Source: Idiomarina loihiensis L2TR
Lineage (GTDB): Bacteria; Pseudomonadota; Gammaproteobacteria; Enterobacterales; Alteromonadaceae
Reading direction: 5' to 3'
Assembly: GCF_000008465.1 (NCBI RefSeq)
Contig: NC_006512.1
Location: 960,001 to 992,000, forward strand
Length of the DNA stretch: 32,000 nucleotides
In this document: positions 16,133 through 26,366 of the stretch, piece by piece
How the letters are laid out: every line of letters starts with the position of its first letter
Numbering within the stretch: the stretch's first letter is position 1
Position numbers and translations under genes: made by a program
The notes under the pieces: generated by a model
What the model saw: the letters and a program-made list of their open reading frames with translations, nothing else
What the model was told of the DNA's origin: nothing
The model's database searches: none

Positions 16133-17605
16133 TTAAATGGTTCTCAACTCAGGCAGGGATTTTATAACAACATCAAGAAACTTAGGTGAATAATAGCGGC
16201 CCCGTTCATCTTTCAGGCGTACCGCAATATCGCTGTCACTAATGCCACTTTCCCACCAATCCAGCAACTGCTCGGTCAACAGAAGAACCTGAGTGCTTAT
16301 CGCGATATCCGAGCCTTGTTTACCTTCGGGCAAACCCAGGCCGTCCCAGCGCTCCAGTCTTTCAATAAGTGCCCTGTGCGCATTTTGTGTTGCTTCATGC
16401 TCACCGTGCCCCAACGCTCGTAATGAGCGGGCAACTCGTTGCTGACACGTGGTTTCTACCGCTGCAGCCGCATCTGAAGCGCAATTAAGCAACGGCCGCG
16501 CTTGCGCAAATAAAGACCAGGCCAAAGCCGTTGTCTCTGCGTCTTCTGCCGCAACTTTTTGAGCTACAGCATATGCCAATCGAACTTCGCTGTTTTGCTC
16601 CAGAATGCCGTTAAAATGGCTGGCATGGTGCAGCATAAGTTGATCGGCTAAACGCGCCAGAAACTGATCGGAATCTTCCAGACAAACCACGTTATCCTGT
16701 GCCAGTTGTACATTTTCAGAAAATAGTTGAAGCACATGGTGATCATCGGCCGTAAGTGCTCTGGATAAGCCGCCGATAAACAAAACAGAACCGTGCGACC
16801 GGCAATGACTGCGGCAATATAACAATACGAAGTCGTCACCATAATACGAGCCATGATTCGCAATAACATGCTCTAACTCGGCTAAGGCCTTTGACGGAAT
16901 AACTGAACGTAAAGTCTGACCAACACAAACCCCGGAATCTTCTCCATGAGCGGCTAACACTTTATAAGATGAGCCGTCTTCATTGGAAGTAGCATACAAG
17001 GTTTGTTTGGCACCGCCGATTACCCAGCTCAACTGCTGCACTAAACCATCAACAAAACTGTTCATTGGTTGCAGAGCATAAAGATTAGCCGAAGCGGCGA
17101 TGATTTTCTCAAGCCCGTGACGACTTTGATCAATGGACATGATATCGCGGTACGAACGCAGCGATGACATTACTGCAGTAAAGAGTTTCTGTGCAGTGAG
17201 TTCGGTTTTGGATTTGTAGTCGTTGATGTCGTAGTTAACGATAACCGTGCGTTCAGGTGCCTGACCCGGCTGCCCTGTCCGCAAAATAATACGAGTAAAG
17301 TGGTTGTCGGCTTCTTCCCGAATATAACGCGCTACCTGCAGTCCGGCATCATCGGTTTCCATAACAACGTCCAGCAGTAATATAGCTGCGTCAGGATGCT
17401 CGTCAATTAACCGCTTTGCTTCTTCACCAGAAAAAGCACTGTAAAACTTTAAACCACGACCTAAAAAATTAAAGTCGTTGAGTGCCAGTTTGGTTACCGC
17501 ATGCACCTCTGGTTCATCATCGACAATCAGAATTTTCCAGTATTCTGTCGGTAATTTTGTGGTTTGCTGGCTGGTTTCGTCAGCAAACATAAACTGATTG
17601 CTCAT
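16133..17605 (-). CDS. Response regulator: REC domain, central domain (DUF3369-like by recollection) and a degenerate HD-GYP-like C-terminus
   Basis: REC motifs ILIVDDEPEV and AILLLDVVM (acceptor Asp). The C-terminus has ERLERWDGLGLPEGKQGSDIAISTQV, which aligns to the HHERWDGSGYP.GL.G..IPL.ARI block of HD-GYP domains but with the His and Tyr residues replaced. Confidence 0.8.
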   Translation of the reverse strand: MSNQFMFADETSQQTTKLPTEYWKILIVDDEPEVHAVTKLALNDFNFLGRGLKFYSAFSGEEAKRLIDEHPDAAILLLDVVMETDDAGLQVARYIREEADNHFTRIILRTGQPGQAPERTVIVNYDINDYKSKTELTAQKLFTAVMSSLRSYRDIMSIDQSRHGLEKIIAASANLYALQPMNSFVDGLVQQLSWVIGGAKQTLYATSNEDGSSYKVLAAHGEDSGVCVGQTLRSVIPSKALAELEHVIANHGSYYGDDFVLLYCRSHCRSHGSVLFIGGLSRALTADDHHVLQLFSENVQLAQDNVVCLEDSDQFLARLADQLMLHHASHFNGILEQNSEVRLAYAVAQKVAAEDAETTALAWSLFAQARPLLNCASDAAAAVETTCQQRVARSLRALGHGEHEATQNAHRALIERLERWDGLGLPEGKQGSDIAISTQVLLLTEQLLDWWESGISDSDIAVRLKDERGRYYSPKFLDVVIKSLPELRTI

Positions 17606-17607
17606 TA

Positions 17608-18453
17608 TTAGTCTCTCCCCGCCCTGGCTTTTTTCCCGCCGGTAACTCGGTCTACCCTAGCATAATCCTGCCAACGGTTAACCTTTTTATAACCACTTTT
17701 AAACAGTAGCTCTGCAACGCTATCAGCCTGTTGCCATCCCTGCTCAAGTAGTAACCAACCCTGGTCTGCTAAATGGTTGTTGGCTTCTTTTATAATAGTC
17801 TCTATATCGGCTAAACCGTTATTTTCCGCAATTAACGCCGTCTGGGGCTCAAATCTGACATCTCCCATACTCAAGTGCGGATCGCCTGCATCAATGTATG
17901 GAGGGTTCGATAAAATCAAGTCAAATTTAAGAGACTTTGGCACAGATTGAAACCAGTTGCTGCACAAAATTTCAACATTTAAGCCTAAAGCCTGACTATT
18001 CCGGCGTGCCAGTTCCACCGCATCGCCGCTTTTATCGCACGCCCAAACTTGCCAGCCGGGACGTTCCGACTTTAATGCCAAGGCGACCGCTCCCGTACCC
18101 GTGCCTAAATCCAGTACGCGGGCATTTTCAGGAAGCTCAAGACTAAGCGCCGCTTCAACCAGCGTTTCAGTATCGGGACGGGGAATTAACGTGCTGGCGT
18201 TTACTTCAAGCATCAATGACCAAAACTCGCGGCGACCAGTGATATGAGCCACGGGCTTGCCTTTCTGCCGGGCTAAAATACATTCCTCATAATGCCGTTG
18301 CTGCTCTTGTGTCAGCGGCTTTTCCGGCCAGGTCATAAGGTAAGTTTTTTCTTTATCCAGCACAAAGCAAAGTAAGGCAGAAACATCCGCAGCAGCATCT
18401 TCACTCTGCTCTAACTGCTCCCGCCCCCATTTTATGGCTTGCTGCAGCGTCAT
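17608..18453 (-). CDS. prmC: Release factor glutamine methyltransferase PrmC (HemK)
   Basis: SAM motif [13 protein letters not shown] and catalytic motif NPPY (LILSNPPYI). 4-nt overlap with prfA. Confidence 0.92.
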   Translation of the reverse strand: MTLQQAIKWGREQLEQSEDAAADVSALLCFVLDKEKTYLMTWPEKPLTQEQQRHYEECILARQKGKPVAHITGRREFWSLMLEVNASTLIPRPDTETLVEAALSLELPENARVLDLGTGTGAVALALKSERPGWQVWACDKSGDAVELARRNSQALGLNVEILCSNWFQSVPKSLKFDLILSNPPYIDAGDPHLSMGDVRFEPQTALIAENNGLADIETIIKEANNHLADQGWLLLEQGWQQADSVAELLFKSGYKKVNRWQDYARVDRVTGGKKARAGRD

Positions 18454-19544
18454 TGCTGTCCTTCAGACAGAGCCGCCAGTTGATCCGCCTGATGCTCAGT
18501 AATAATGGCATCCAGTATCAAATCGATATCGCCGGTAAGTACTTCATCTAACCGATACAGCGTCAGGTTAATGCGGTGGTCTGTTACCCGGCTTTGCGGG
18601 TAATTATAAGTGCGAATGCGCTCTGAACGATCACCACTTCCTACCAAATTACGGCGGGTACTGTCTTCTTCTGCCTGACGTTTTTCATCTTCCAGACGTT
18701 GTATTCTTGCCTGTAAAACCGACATGGCTTTAGCCCGGTTTTTATGTTGCGAACGCTCTTCCTGACATTCAACAACCACACCAGTTGGTATGTGGGTAAG
18801 ACGAATAGCAGAATCGGTTCGGTTAACGTGCTGACCACCAGCACCCGAGGCGCGGTAAGTATCGACACGTAAGTCCGCCGGGTTAATTTCAACGGCCTCG
18901 GCTTCTGGAATTTCCGGTAACACGGCAACGGTACAAGCTGAAGTATGAATACGCCCTTGCGATTCAGTTTCAGGAACACGCTGCACCCGATGCCCACCAG
19001 ACTCAAACTTCATGCGCCCGTAAACACCATCACCACTCATGTGAGCAATAATTTCTTTATAACCGCCGTGTTCGCCATCACTGGCACTGACAATATTGAC
19101 CTTCCAGCCATTTTTTTCAGCGTAGCGGCTATACATACGGAATAAATCGCCGGCGAATATCGACGCTTCATCACCGCCAGCTCCGGCCCGAATTTCCAAA
19201 TAGCATGAACGATCATCGTTCGGGTCTTTAGGCAGCAACAGAAGTTGTAGGCGGTTTTCCAGCTCTTCTTCGGCTTTTCTTGCCTCTTTTAGCTCTTCTT
19301 CCGCCATTTCGCGCATTTCAGCGTCATCATCTTCAGCCATATCTTTTGCAGCTGCCTGATCATCCTGATTCTGGCGGTACTCTTCAAAGCAACCAACCAC
19401 CTCTTCTAATTGAGAGTACTCACGCGATAATGAGCGAAAACGGTTTTGATCACTGATCACATCGGGCTCACCCAATAAAGCTTGCACTTCCTGATAACGC
19501 TCAACTAACCCTTCTAGTTTGCGTTCAATGGATGGATTCAACAT
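18450..19544 (-). CDS. prfA: Peptide chain release factor 1
   Basis: GGQ motif (SGAGGQHVN), the RF1-type P.T tripeptide (RVPETES) and a 364-aa length. Confidence 0.95.
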   Translation of the reverse strand: MLNPSIERKLEGLVERYQEVQALLGEPDVISDQNRFRSLSREYSQLEEVVGCFEEYRQNQDDQAAAKDMAEDDDAEMREMAEEELKEARKAEEELENRLQLLLLPKDPNDDRSCYLEIRAGAGGDEASIFAGDLFRMYSRYAEKNGWKVNIVSASDGEHGGYKEIIAHMSGDGVYGRMKFESGGHRVQRVPETESQGRIHTSACTVAVLPEIPEAEAVEINPADLRVDTYRASGAGGQHVNRTDSAIRLTHIPTGVVVECQEERSQHKNRAKAMSVLQARIQRLEDEKRQAEEDSTRRNLVGSGDRSERIRTYNYPQSRVTDHRINLTLYRLDEVLTGDIDLILDAIITEHQADQLAALSEGQQ

Positions 19545-19548
19545 GTTT

Positions 19549-20820
19549 TTATTTGCCTTTTGATGAGTCAGAGGATGGCTCTGACCAAAGTTGTTGCAAA
19601 ACGGCCAGCGTATATTGGTCGTTATTTTCGCCGGCAGATTTCAATAAGCTTGTCGGTTTATGCGTTAACTGCTGCACCAGCCTGTGACTGAATCGTTGCA
19701 GCACTTCGGCCGGGTCTTTGCCCTGCTCTATTTGCGCTAATGCTTTTTTTAACTGCTCGTCAGCTAGTGTTTTTGTGTGCGTACGGTACTCCCGCACCAG
19801 CTCTACACTATTCAGGGATTTCAGCCAGTCATTAAACTCTTTCGTTTGCTGCTGAATAATAACCTGAGCTTCACGAGCTGCCTGCTCACGGTTACGAATA
19901 TTTTCGCTAATAATACTTTGAAGATCGTCAACTGTATAAAGGTAAGCGTCATCGAGTTCATTAACCTGCTCTTCAATGTCCCGCGGCACAGCCAGATCAA
20001 TTAACAGCATGGGTCTGTGGCGACGCTTTTTCAGTGCTTTTTCAATGCTGCCTTTGCCCACAATAGGCAAAGTACTGGCGGTTGAACTGACGACAATATC
20101 GGCCTGCGGTAATAACTCTGATAACTCAGACAAGCTGTGAGCCGTTGCCCCGACACGTTCAGCCATTTCGCTAGCTCGTTGCAGAGTCCGGTTTGCCACC
20201 AGAATTTCGGTTACGCCTTGTTGTTTCAAATGCTGAGCAACCAGCTCGGAAGTATCACCGGCTCCAATCAGCAGCACCTTCGATTTCTGCAAATTAGCGA
20301 AAATATGACGCGCCATAGAAACCGCAGCATATGCAACCGAAACCGCGTTTTGACCTACCGCGGTTTCATTTCTAACGGTTTTTGCTACACGAAAGGTTTG
20401 CTGAAATAAGCGTTCAAGGATACCGCCCACCGAGGCCTGACGTTTTGCGGCCTGATACGCTTGCTTCACCTGCCCCAGAATTTGTGGCTCGCCAAGCACC
20501 AGTGAGTCTAAACCACTGGCAACCGACATAAGATGAGTAATGGCCTGCTCGCCCTGAAAGTGATAATGATGATTTTCCAGCGCATTTGGTGCCAATTTGT
20601 GGAAACCGGTTAACCAGCCCAGGAGCAAGTCGCCAGACACTTCACCCCGGCAATATAGCTCGGTTCGGTTACAGGTAGAGACGATGACGGCTTCTTCAAC
20701 ACCTTGAAGATTACGTACAGCCTGCAGCGCAGCATCAAGCTGTTCAGCACTGAACGCAACTTGCTCGCGCAAATCGACTGATGCGGTTTTATGATTAATT
20801 CCGAGAGCTGAAATGGTCAT
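19549..20820 (-). CDS. hemA: Glutamyl-tRNA reductase HemA
   Basis: [23 protein letters not shown] (catalytic Cys) and the NADPH motif [12 protein letters not shown]. Its position upstream of prfA matches enterobacteria. Confidence 0.95.
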   Translation of the reverse strand: MTISALGINHKTASVDLREQVAFSAEQLDAALQAVRNLQGVEEAVIVSTCNRTELYCRGEVSGDLLLGWLTGFHKLAPNALENHHYHFQGEQAITHLMSVASGLDSLVLGEPQILGQVKQAYQAAKRQASVGGILERLFQQTFRVAKTVRNETAVGQNAVSVAYAAVSMARHIFANLQKSKVLLIGAGDTSELVAQHLKQQGVTEILVANRTLQRASEMAERVGATAHSLSELSELLPQADIVVSSTASTLPIVGKGSIEKALKKRRHRPMLLIDLAVPRDIEEQVNELDDAYLYTVDDLQSIISENIRNREQAAREAQVIIQQQTKEFNDWLKSLNSVELVREYRTHTKTLADEQLKKALAQIEQGKDPAEVLQRFSHRLVQQLTHKPTSLLKSAGENNDQYTLAVLQQLWSEPSSDSSKGK

Positions 20821-20952
20821 CTGACTGTGAAACTCGTTATCCCAACGCGGCCAAAATCTAAGTTGCCCGATTGTACGTGAAAGCCTTAGTCATTGAAAGT
20901 GACAGCGCTTTCTGGTCAACTAATTACATTCCGATTGCAGCAATTGAAAAAT

Positions 20953-21579
20953 ATGATTCAACGCCGACTATTCTGGGTTTACCTGGTTGTCATAACATCG
21001 TTAACCGGGTGCGCGCTGCCGACGCCATCAGAGCAAGCAAGCAGTACCGAAGTTAATCAACGTATTATTGACGCTCATCAACAAAAGCTGGAGCAGTTGC
21101 AACAGTGGTCGTTAAGTGGCCGCATGGCGGTTATTCAAAAGCAAAATAAGGAAAGGGACAGTTTTTACATTAACTGGCACTACCAGCCTCACCAACAGGT
21201 TATTCGTTTTTCTCACCCGCTAAAAGGCCAACTGGCTAAGCTGACCGTCGATGACAGCGGCGCCTTGTTAACTGACTCCGATGATCAGGAACGCTGGGCT
21301 CCTTCAGCAGACGCTTTATTATACCGTCTACTGGGTGCAGCCGTTCCCTTTGAGCAGTTACACCACTGGGTTCTGGGCAGAAAAACAAACTCACTAAAGT
21401 CTGTGAGTTATCATAAAGATGGAACCTTAGCTCAGTCGACGATATTTCACCGGGGTCAAAACTGGCAGCTCAACTGGTTCTATGATCAGGACAAAGTACA
21501 AACAGTAACCTTGCCGGAACAAATCCATCTGGAAAGTCCGGTTCTACTGATAAAGGTACAAGTGAACGAATGGCAGTAA
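20953..21579 (+). CDS. lolB: Outer-membrane lipoprotein LolB
   Basis: Lipoprotein signal MIQRRLFWVYLVVITSLTGC. Conserved position divergent from hemA and upstream of ispE. The start is trimmed from the TTG at 20893 to the ATG at 20953. Confidence 0.8.
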   Translation: MIQRRLFWVYLVVITSLTGCALPTPSEQASSTEVNQRIIDAHQQKLEQLQQWSLSGRMAVIQKQNKERDSFYINWHYQPHQQVIRFSHPLKGQLAKLTVDDSGALLTDSDDQERWAPSADALLYRLLGAAVPFEQLHHWVLGRKTNSLKSVSYHKDGTLAQSTIFHRGQNWQLNWFYDQDKVQTVTLPEQIHLESPVLLIKVQVNEWQ

Positions 21580-22430
21580 ACATCTTAACGCTCCCAGCTC
21601 CGGCGAAACTCAACCTATTTTTGCATATTATCGGGCGCCGCTCCGACGGGTACCACAATTTACAGACTGTTTTTCAGTTTCTGGACTACGCCGACACTCT
21701 GAAATTCTATACCGCCGCCGACGACAAGTTTGATTTAATTGACCACGATAGCCACATTCCCCGCGACGAGAATTTAGTCTGGAAGGCGTTAACAGCGCTA
21801 AGAAAAACATACGAAGAAAAAGGCATTACGCAACTTCCTGGCTGCTCGATTGAATTAATTAAGAGACTTCCTCAGGGTGCCGGGCTAGGTGGTGGTTCAT
21901 CTAATGCGGCAACCGCACTGGTGGGGCTGAATCAGCTTTGGGGTAGCCATTTAAATAGCACTGAATTACAGGCAATAGGTCGCAAACTCGGTGCCGATGT
22001 GCCTGTGTTTATTCATGGACATGCTTGTTTTGCTGAAGGTATCGGCGATGTGTTCACTAATATAACACCGCCTACTCCGTGGTATTTAGTGGTTAAACCC
22101 AATGTTTCTATCAGTACGGCTGCGTTGTTCTCTCACCCTAAGCTAGAACGCAACTGCTCGCCGGTTACCGCGGACAACTGGCAACAGCAAAAAGTCGCGA
22201 ATGTGTTTGAACCAGTGGTCTGCGATCTACACACCGAAGTTGCTATGTTACGCCGTGCCTTGCTAGAATACGCCCCGACTCGGCTCACTGGCAGTGGAGC
22301 ATGTCTTTTTTCAACATTCGAAACAAGACAAGCCGCAAAGGAAGCGCAACAGCAGGTTCCCAAAGAACTTTGCTCATTTATCGCTCAAGGCCAGAACCGT
22401 TCACCACTTATCCAGACATTAACCCAATAA
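21570..22430 (+). CDS. ispE: 4-diphosphocytidyl-2-C-methyl-D-erythritol kinase IspE
   Basis: PAPAKLNLFLHIIGRRSDGYHNLQTVFQFLDY and the GHMP motif PQGAGLGGGSSNAA. Confidence 0.92.
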   Translation: MAVNILTLPAPAKLNLFLHIIGRRSDGYHNLQTVFQFLDYADTLKFYTAADDKFDLIDHDSHIPRDENLVWKALTALRKTYEEKGITQLPGCSIELIKRLPQGAGLGGGSSNAATALVGLNQLWGSHLNSTELQAIGRKLGADVPVFIHGHACFAEGIGDVFTNITPPTPWYLVVKPNVSISTAALFSHPKLERNCSPVTADNWQQQKVANVFEPVVCDLHTEVAMLRRALLEYAPTRLTGSGACLFSTFETRQAAKEAQQQVPKELCSFIAQGQNRSPLIQTLTQ

Positions 22431-22445
22431 AAGTCGAGGTATGTT

Positions 22446-23393
22446 GTGCCTGACATGAAACTTTTCGCCGGCAACGCCACTCCTGAGCTAGCCCAGAAAA
22501 TCGCCGATCGCCTTTATATCAAACTTGGTGAAGCTTCCGTTGGTCGCTTTAGTGACGGCGAAATTAGCGTCGCCATCAATGAAAACGTCCGCGGTTCCGA
22601 CGTCTTTATTCTTCAATCTACGTGCGCCCCAACCAATGACAATTTAATGGAACTCATTGTTATGGTGGACGCCTTACGTCGTGCGTCTGCTGGTCGTATT
22701 ACTGCAGTGATGCCTTATTTTGGTTACGCTCGTCAGGATCGCCGGGTTCGTTCAGCTCGTGTTCCTATTACTGCTAAAGTTGTTGCCGATTTCTTATCCA
22801 GTGTGGGTGTTGACCGTGTACTGACTGTCGACTTACACGCAGAGCAAATTCAGGGCTTCTTCGATGTGCCTGTCGATAACGTTTTCGGAACCCCGGTTTT
22901 ATTAGAGCACATGCGTCAGCAAAACTTCGACCATCCGGTTGTGGTCTCTCCTGATATTGGTGGTGTTGTGCGTGCCCGTGCTTTTGCCAAGCTAATGGAC
23001 GACACCGATTTAGCCATCATTGATAAGCGCCGTCCGTCAGCCAACGTATCGCAGGTTATGCACATAATTGGTGATGTTAAAGGCCGTGACTGCATTATTG
23101 TCGATGACATGATTGATACTGGCGGAACGCTTTGCAAAGCCGCAGAAGCACTGAAATCTCACGGTGCAAAGCGTGTGTTTGCTTACGCTACTCACCCGGT
23201 GTTTTCCGGTAATGCGGTGCAGAACATTAAAGACTCTGAAATTGACGAATTTATCGTTACCGACAGTGTTCCGTTGAGCGATGCCATGAAAGCCACTGGT
23301 AAAGTTACTCAGTTAACCTTGTCCGGTATGCTTTCAGAAGCACTGCGTCGAGTCAGTAATGAAGAATCTATTTCAGCAATGTTCGATTACTGA
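22446..23393 (+). CDS. prs: Ribose-phosphate pyrophosphokinase
   Basis: [22 protein letters not shown]...[10 protein letters not shown] is nearly identical in pattern to E. coli Prs. PRPP loop [12 protein letters not shown] start, as in E. coli. Confidence 0.95.
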   Translation: MPDMKLFAGNATPELAQKIADRLYIKLGEASVGRFSDGEISVAINENVRGSDVFILQSTCAPTNDNLMELIVMVDALRRASAGRITAVMPYFGYARQDRRVRSARVPITAKVVADFLSSVGVDRVLTVDLHAEQIQGFFDVPVDNVFGTPVLLEHMRQQNFDHPVVVSPDIGGVVRARAFAKLMDDTDLAIIDKRRPSANVSQVMHIIGDVKGRDCIIVDDMIDTGGTLCKAAEALKSHGAKRVFAYATHPVFSGNAVQNIKDSEIDEFIVTDSVPLSDAMKATGKVTQLTLSGMLSEALRRVSNEESISAMFDY

Positions 23394-23433
23394 TTGTTGT
23401 AATTATTCCTGCCCAGTGCTAGTATTGCGCGCC

Positions 23434-23470
23434 CTTAGAAACCGGCCTCGTTGTCGGTTTCTAAGTTTCT
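23434..23470 (+). terminator. Rho-independent terminator of prs
   Basis: Perfect 11-bp stem cttagaaaccg / cggtttctaag with a 10-nt loop, followed by tttct. Confidence 0.65.
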
Positions 23471-23531
23471 GGGTCAGCTCTTGGTCGCGAGTGCTGACAA
23501 ATAAAAACTTTAAACATTGAGAGGCCAAATC

Positions 23532-24197
23532 ATGGCTGAATTAGATTTTAACATCCAAGCTACCGTCCGCACGGACAAAGGGAAAGGTGCGAGCCGCCGC
23601 CTGCGTCATGAGGACAAAGTACCAGCGATTTTATACGGTGGTCAGGGCGAGCCAATCGCATTAGCGTTAGACCACAATAAAGTGAATAACATGGCCGACT
23701 ACGAAGCCTTCTATTCACACATTGTGACGCTGGAATTTGATGGTAAGAAACATCAGGCAATCCTAAAAGACATGCAGCGTCACCCGTACAAGCCTAAATT
23801 GACTCACCTGGATTTCCAGCGTGTAGAAAAAGGCCACAAACTTCACACTAACTTACCTCTGCATTTCTTAAACGAAACAACTGCGAAGGGCGTTAAAGAA
23901 GAAGGCGGTGTTGTTGTTCACCACGTAAACGACGTGGAAATTACTGTATTACCGAAAGACTTACCAGAATACCTGGAAGTTGATATTGCTGAACTCAGCG
24001 TAGGTGACACCATTCACCTGACTGACTTAAAACTGCCAAAAGGCGTTGAGTTAGTTGAACTGACTAAAGGTGAAGACCACGACCAGGCGGTTGTGTCTAT
24101 TACTGCTCCTCGCGTCGAGAAAGAAGAGACCGAAGAAGATACAGTAGCACCCGGCGACGTTCCTGCTGAAAACAGCAAAGACGCTGACGAAGAATAA
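23532..24197 (+). CDS. rplY: 50S ribosomal protein L25, long Ctc form
   Basis: RTDKGKGASRRLR...KVPAILYG plus a Ctc-type C-terminal domain and an acidic tail. The start is trimmed to the ATG at 23532, after GAGAGG. Confidence 0.9.
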   Translation: MAELDFNIQATVRTDKGKGASRRLRHEDKVPAILYGGQGEPIALALDHNKVNNMADYEAFYSHIVTLEFDGKKHQAILKDMQRHPYKPKLTHLDFQRVEKGHKLHTNLPLHFLNETTAKGVKEEGGVVVHHVNDVEITVLPKDLPEYLEVDIAELSVGDTIHLTDLKLPKGVELVELTKGEDHDQAVVSITAPRVEKEETEEDTVAPGDVPAENSKDADEE

Positions 24198-24211
24198 GTC
24201 AGTCTCCTGTT

Positions 24212-24808
24212 ATGGGAACTGAAGTAAAACTGCTTGTGGGCCTGGGAAATCCGGGCCCCGAGTATGAACGAACTCGCCACAACGCTGGTTTCTGGTTAGT
24301 CGATGACTTTTGCAGACGCCACGCGATTACGCTCTCCCCTGATACAAAAAGCAAAGCTCTGATTGGACGCTGGCAACAAGGCGCTCATGACCTGCGCATT
24401 GTATTACCACAAAATTTTATGAACCGTAGTGGCTTCTCTGTTGCGGCTCTGGCTAACTTTTATAAAATACCGGCTAACGAAATTTTAGTGGCTTACGATG
24501 AGCTCGATTTACCACCCGGCGTTGCTAAGTTTAAGAAAGGTGGAGGTGCCGGCGGGCATAACGGAATTAAAGACATTATTGCCCAGACAGGCAGCCAGGA
24601 CTTTATGCGGTTACGCATTGGTATTGGCCACCCGGGCGATAAAACGAAGGTAACTGGCTTTGTCTTAGGCAAAGCTTCAGCAAATGAACAGCGGCTTATT
24701 GATGACTGTATCGATGAAGCCAGCCGCAGTATCGACACATTAATGGCGGAAGGCTGGGGAACTGCGTTGCAGCGCCTGCATAGCTACCGCCCTGAACAGA
24801 AAGGCTAA
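24212..24808 (+). CDS. pth: Peptidyl-tRNA hydrolase
   Basis: LLVGLGNPGPEYERTRHNAGF and GGHNGIKDI are Pth signatures. Confidence 0.93.
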   Translation: MGTEVKLLVGLGNPGPEYERTRHNAGFWLVDDFCRRHAITLSPDTKSKALIGRWQQGAHDLRIVLPQNFMNRSGFSVAALANFYKIPANEILVAYDELDLPPGVAKFKKGGGAGGHNGIKDIIAQTGSQDFMRLRIGIGHPGDKTKVTGFVLGKASANEQRLIDDCIDEASRSIDTLMAEGWGTALQRLHSYRPEQKG

Positions 24809-24814
24809 ACTCTC

Positions 24815-25906
24815 ATGGGATTTCGATGTGGTATCGTTGGTTTACCTAACGTAGGTAAATCCACTCTCTTCAACGCACTGACCAAAGCAGGCATTGAAGC
24901 TGCAAACTTTCCATTTTGTACCATCGAACCAAACACTGGCGTTGTGCCTGTTCCTGACCCTCGCCTTGATAAACTAGCCGCTATTGTTAACCCGGAACGA
25001 GTCATTCCAACAACCATGGAGTTTGTGGATATCGCCGGGTTAGTTAAAGGTGCTTCAAAAGGCGAAGGCTTAGGTAACCAGTTTTTAGCAAACATTCGTG
25101 AAACTGACGCTATTGGCCATGTTGTTCGCTGTTTTGAAGACGACAACATAGTGCATGTCAGCGGTGGTATCGACCCTGCCGATGACATTGACACCATTAA
25201 CACCGAGCTGGCATTAGCCGATTTAGACTCGGTTGATAAGTCTCTATACCGTTTAAGTAAAAAAGCGAAAGGTGGAGATTCACAAGCTAAAGCCGAAATC
25301 GCCGTGCTGGAAAAGCTGAAACCGGCACTGGACGAAGGCCAAATGGCTCGTTCTGTTGAGCTAAGCAAAGATGAGCGTGCCACTATTCGTTCATACAACT
25401 TGCTAACTTTAAAGCCGACTATGTACATTGCTAATGTCAACGAAGACGGCTTTGAAAATAACCCTCATCTTGACAAAGTTCGTGAAATTGCCGCAACCGA
25501 GAATGCGGTAGTCGTTCCGGTATGTGCCGCTATTGAATCAGAAATTGCCGAGCTGGACGAAGCCGATAAAGAAGAGTTCTTAAGCGAACTGGGTCAGGAC
25601 GAACCGGGGCTTAACCGCGTTATTCGTGGCGGCTATGAACTACTAAACCTGCACACTTACTTCACCGCCGGCGTAAAGGAAGTTCGCGCCTGGACAGTTA
25701 AAGTGGGTTCAACTGCACCGCAGGCAGCCGGACGCATTCATACTGACTTTGAAAAAGGCTTTATTCGTGCCGAGATTGTTGGTTATGACGACTATATAGC
25801 TAACAACGGTGAACAAGGCGCAAAAGATGCCGGGAAATGGCGTCTCGAAGGGAAAGAGTACATTGTGAAAGACGGCGATGTCATTCACTTCCGCTTTAAC
25901 GTTTAA
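24815..25906 (+). CDS. ychF: Ribosome-binding ATPase YchF
   Basis: [52 protein letters not shown] is near-identical in pattern to E. coli YchF. 363 aa. Confidence 0.96.
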   Translation: MGFRCGIVGLPNVGKSTLFNALTKAGIEAANFPFCTIEPNTGVVPVPDPRLDKLAAIVNPERVIPTTMEFVDIAGLVKGASKGEGLGNQFLANIRETDAIGHVVRCFEDDNIVHVSGGIDPADDIDTINTELALADLDSVDKSLYRLSKKAKGGDSQAKAEIAVLEKLKPALDEGQMARSVELSKDERATIRSYNLLTLKPTMYIANVNEDGFENNPHLDKVREIAATENAVVVPVCAAIESEIAELDEADKEEFLSELGQDEPGLNRVIRGGYELLNLHTYFTAGVKEVRAWTVKVGSTAPQAAGRIHTDFEKGFIRAEIVGYDDYIANNGEQGAKDAGKWRLEGKEYIVKDGDVIHFRFNV

Positions 25907-25916
25907 ATACCGATTA

Positions 25917-25944
25917 GTGGCTCGCTCTCAGCGAGCCACTTTTT
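25917..25944 (+). terminator. Rho-independent terminator after ychF (at the convergent junction with the globin gene)
   Basis: Perfect 9-bp GC-rich stem gtggctcgc / gcgagccac with a 5-nt loop, followed by ttttt. Confidence 0.75.
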
Positions 25945-25949
25945 CCTCA

Positions 25950-26357
25950 TTACTCTTCAACAATATCGCCATGCATTGGCGCCAGCACGCCCAATAACTG
26001 ATTCTGCGCTGAAACCGGCACATCCTCTTTTTCCATTGCAGCAATCAAGTGTTCGACTAAAGCGTTAAAATCCGCATTGTCGACTCCCATATTACGATGG
26101 GAAGTTTTCATATCCTCGCCACTGTAATCACAAGGACCGCCACTTAAGTCACACACTTGTTCACTAATGAGTTTGTGCACACGCATAATATCAACACCAT
26201 CAAAATGATGCGCAATACGCTCATCACCACCCACCCGATAGAGCATTTCTTCGACGATAGTCTCTATGCCCTGCTGCTCACCCAGTTGCTGATACAGACT
26301 CTGAGCAAAGCTAAGCGGCGAAAACAACAAGACCGCCATTAACAAAACGGTTTTCAT
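25950..26357 (-). CDS. Truncated (2-on-2) haemoglobin, group I-like, with an N-terminal Sec-type signal peptide
   Basis: After MKTVLLMAVLLFSPLSFA|Q the sequence follows the trHb pattern. It has LYQQLGEQQGIETIVEEMLYRV (B10 Tyr), GGP.DY.G and DMKTSHRNMGVDNADFNALVEHL (proximal His). RBS AAGGAGAG lies upstream. Confidence 0.75.
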   Translation of the reverse strand: MKTVLLMAVLLFSPLSFAQSLYQQLGEQQGIETIVEEMLYRVGGDERIAHHFDGVDIMRVHKLISEQVCDLSGGPCDYSGEDMKTSHRNMGVDNADFNALVEHLIAAMEKEDVPVSAQNQLLGVLAPMHGDIVEE

Positions 26358-26366
26358 AGTCTCTCC

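Noticed and set aside
18450-19544. Programmed +1 frameshift site in the release factor gene
   Set aside because: That feature belongs to prfB (RF2). This gene is RF1 (P.T motif, followed by prmC), and its ORF is uninterrupted.
23473-23498. Hairpin gtcagc-N14-gctgac in the rplY leader, considered as a regulatory structure
   Set aside because: It has a short 6-bp stem with a large loop and no T-tract, and I cannot verify any conservation. It is not distinguishable from chance.
24805-25440. 211-aa ORF on the minus strand, antisense to ychF
   Set aside because: It lies entirely inside the extremely well-conserved ychF reading frame. The translation is Ser/Ala/Thr-rich and low-complexity with no recognisable motifs. 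It is a typical antisense shadow ORF.
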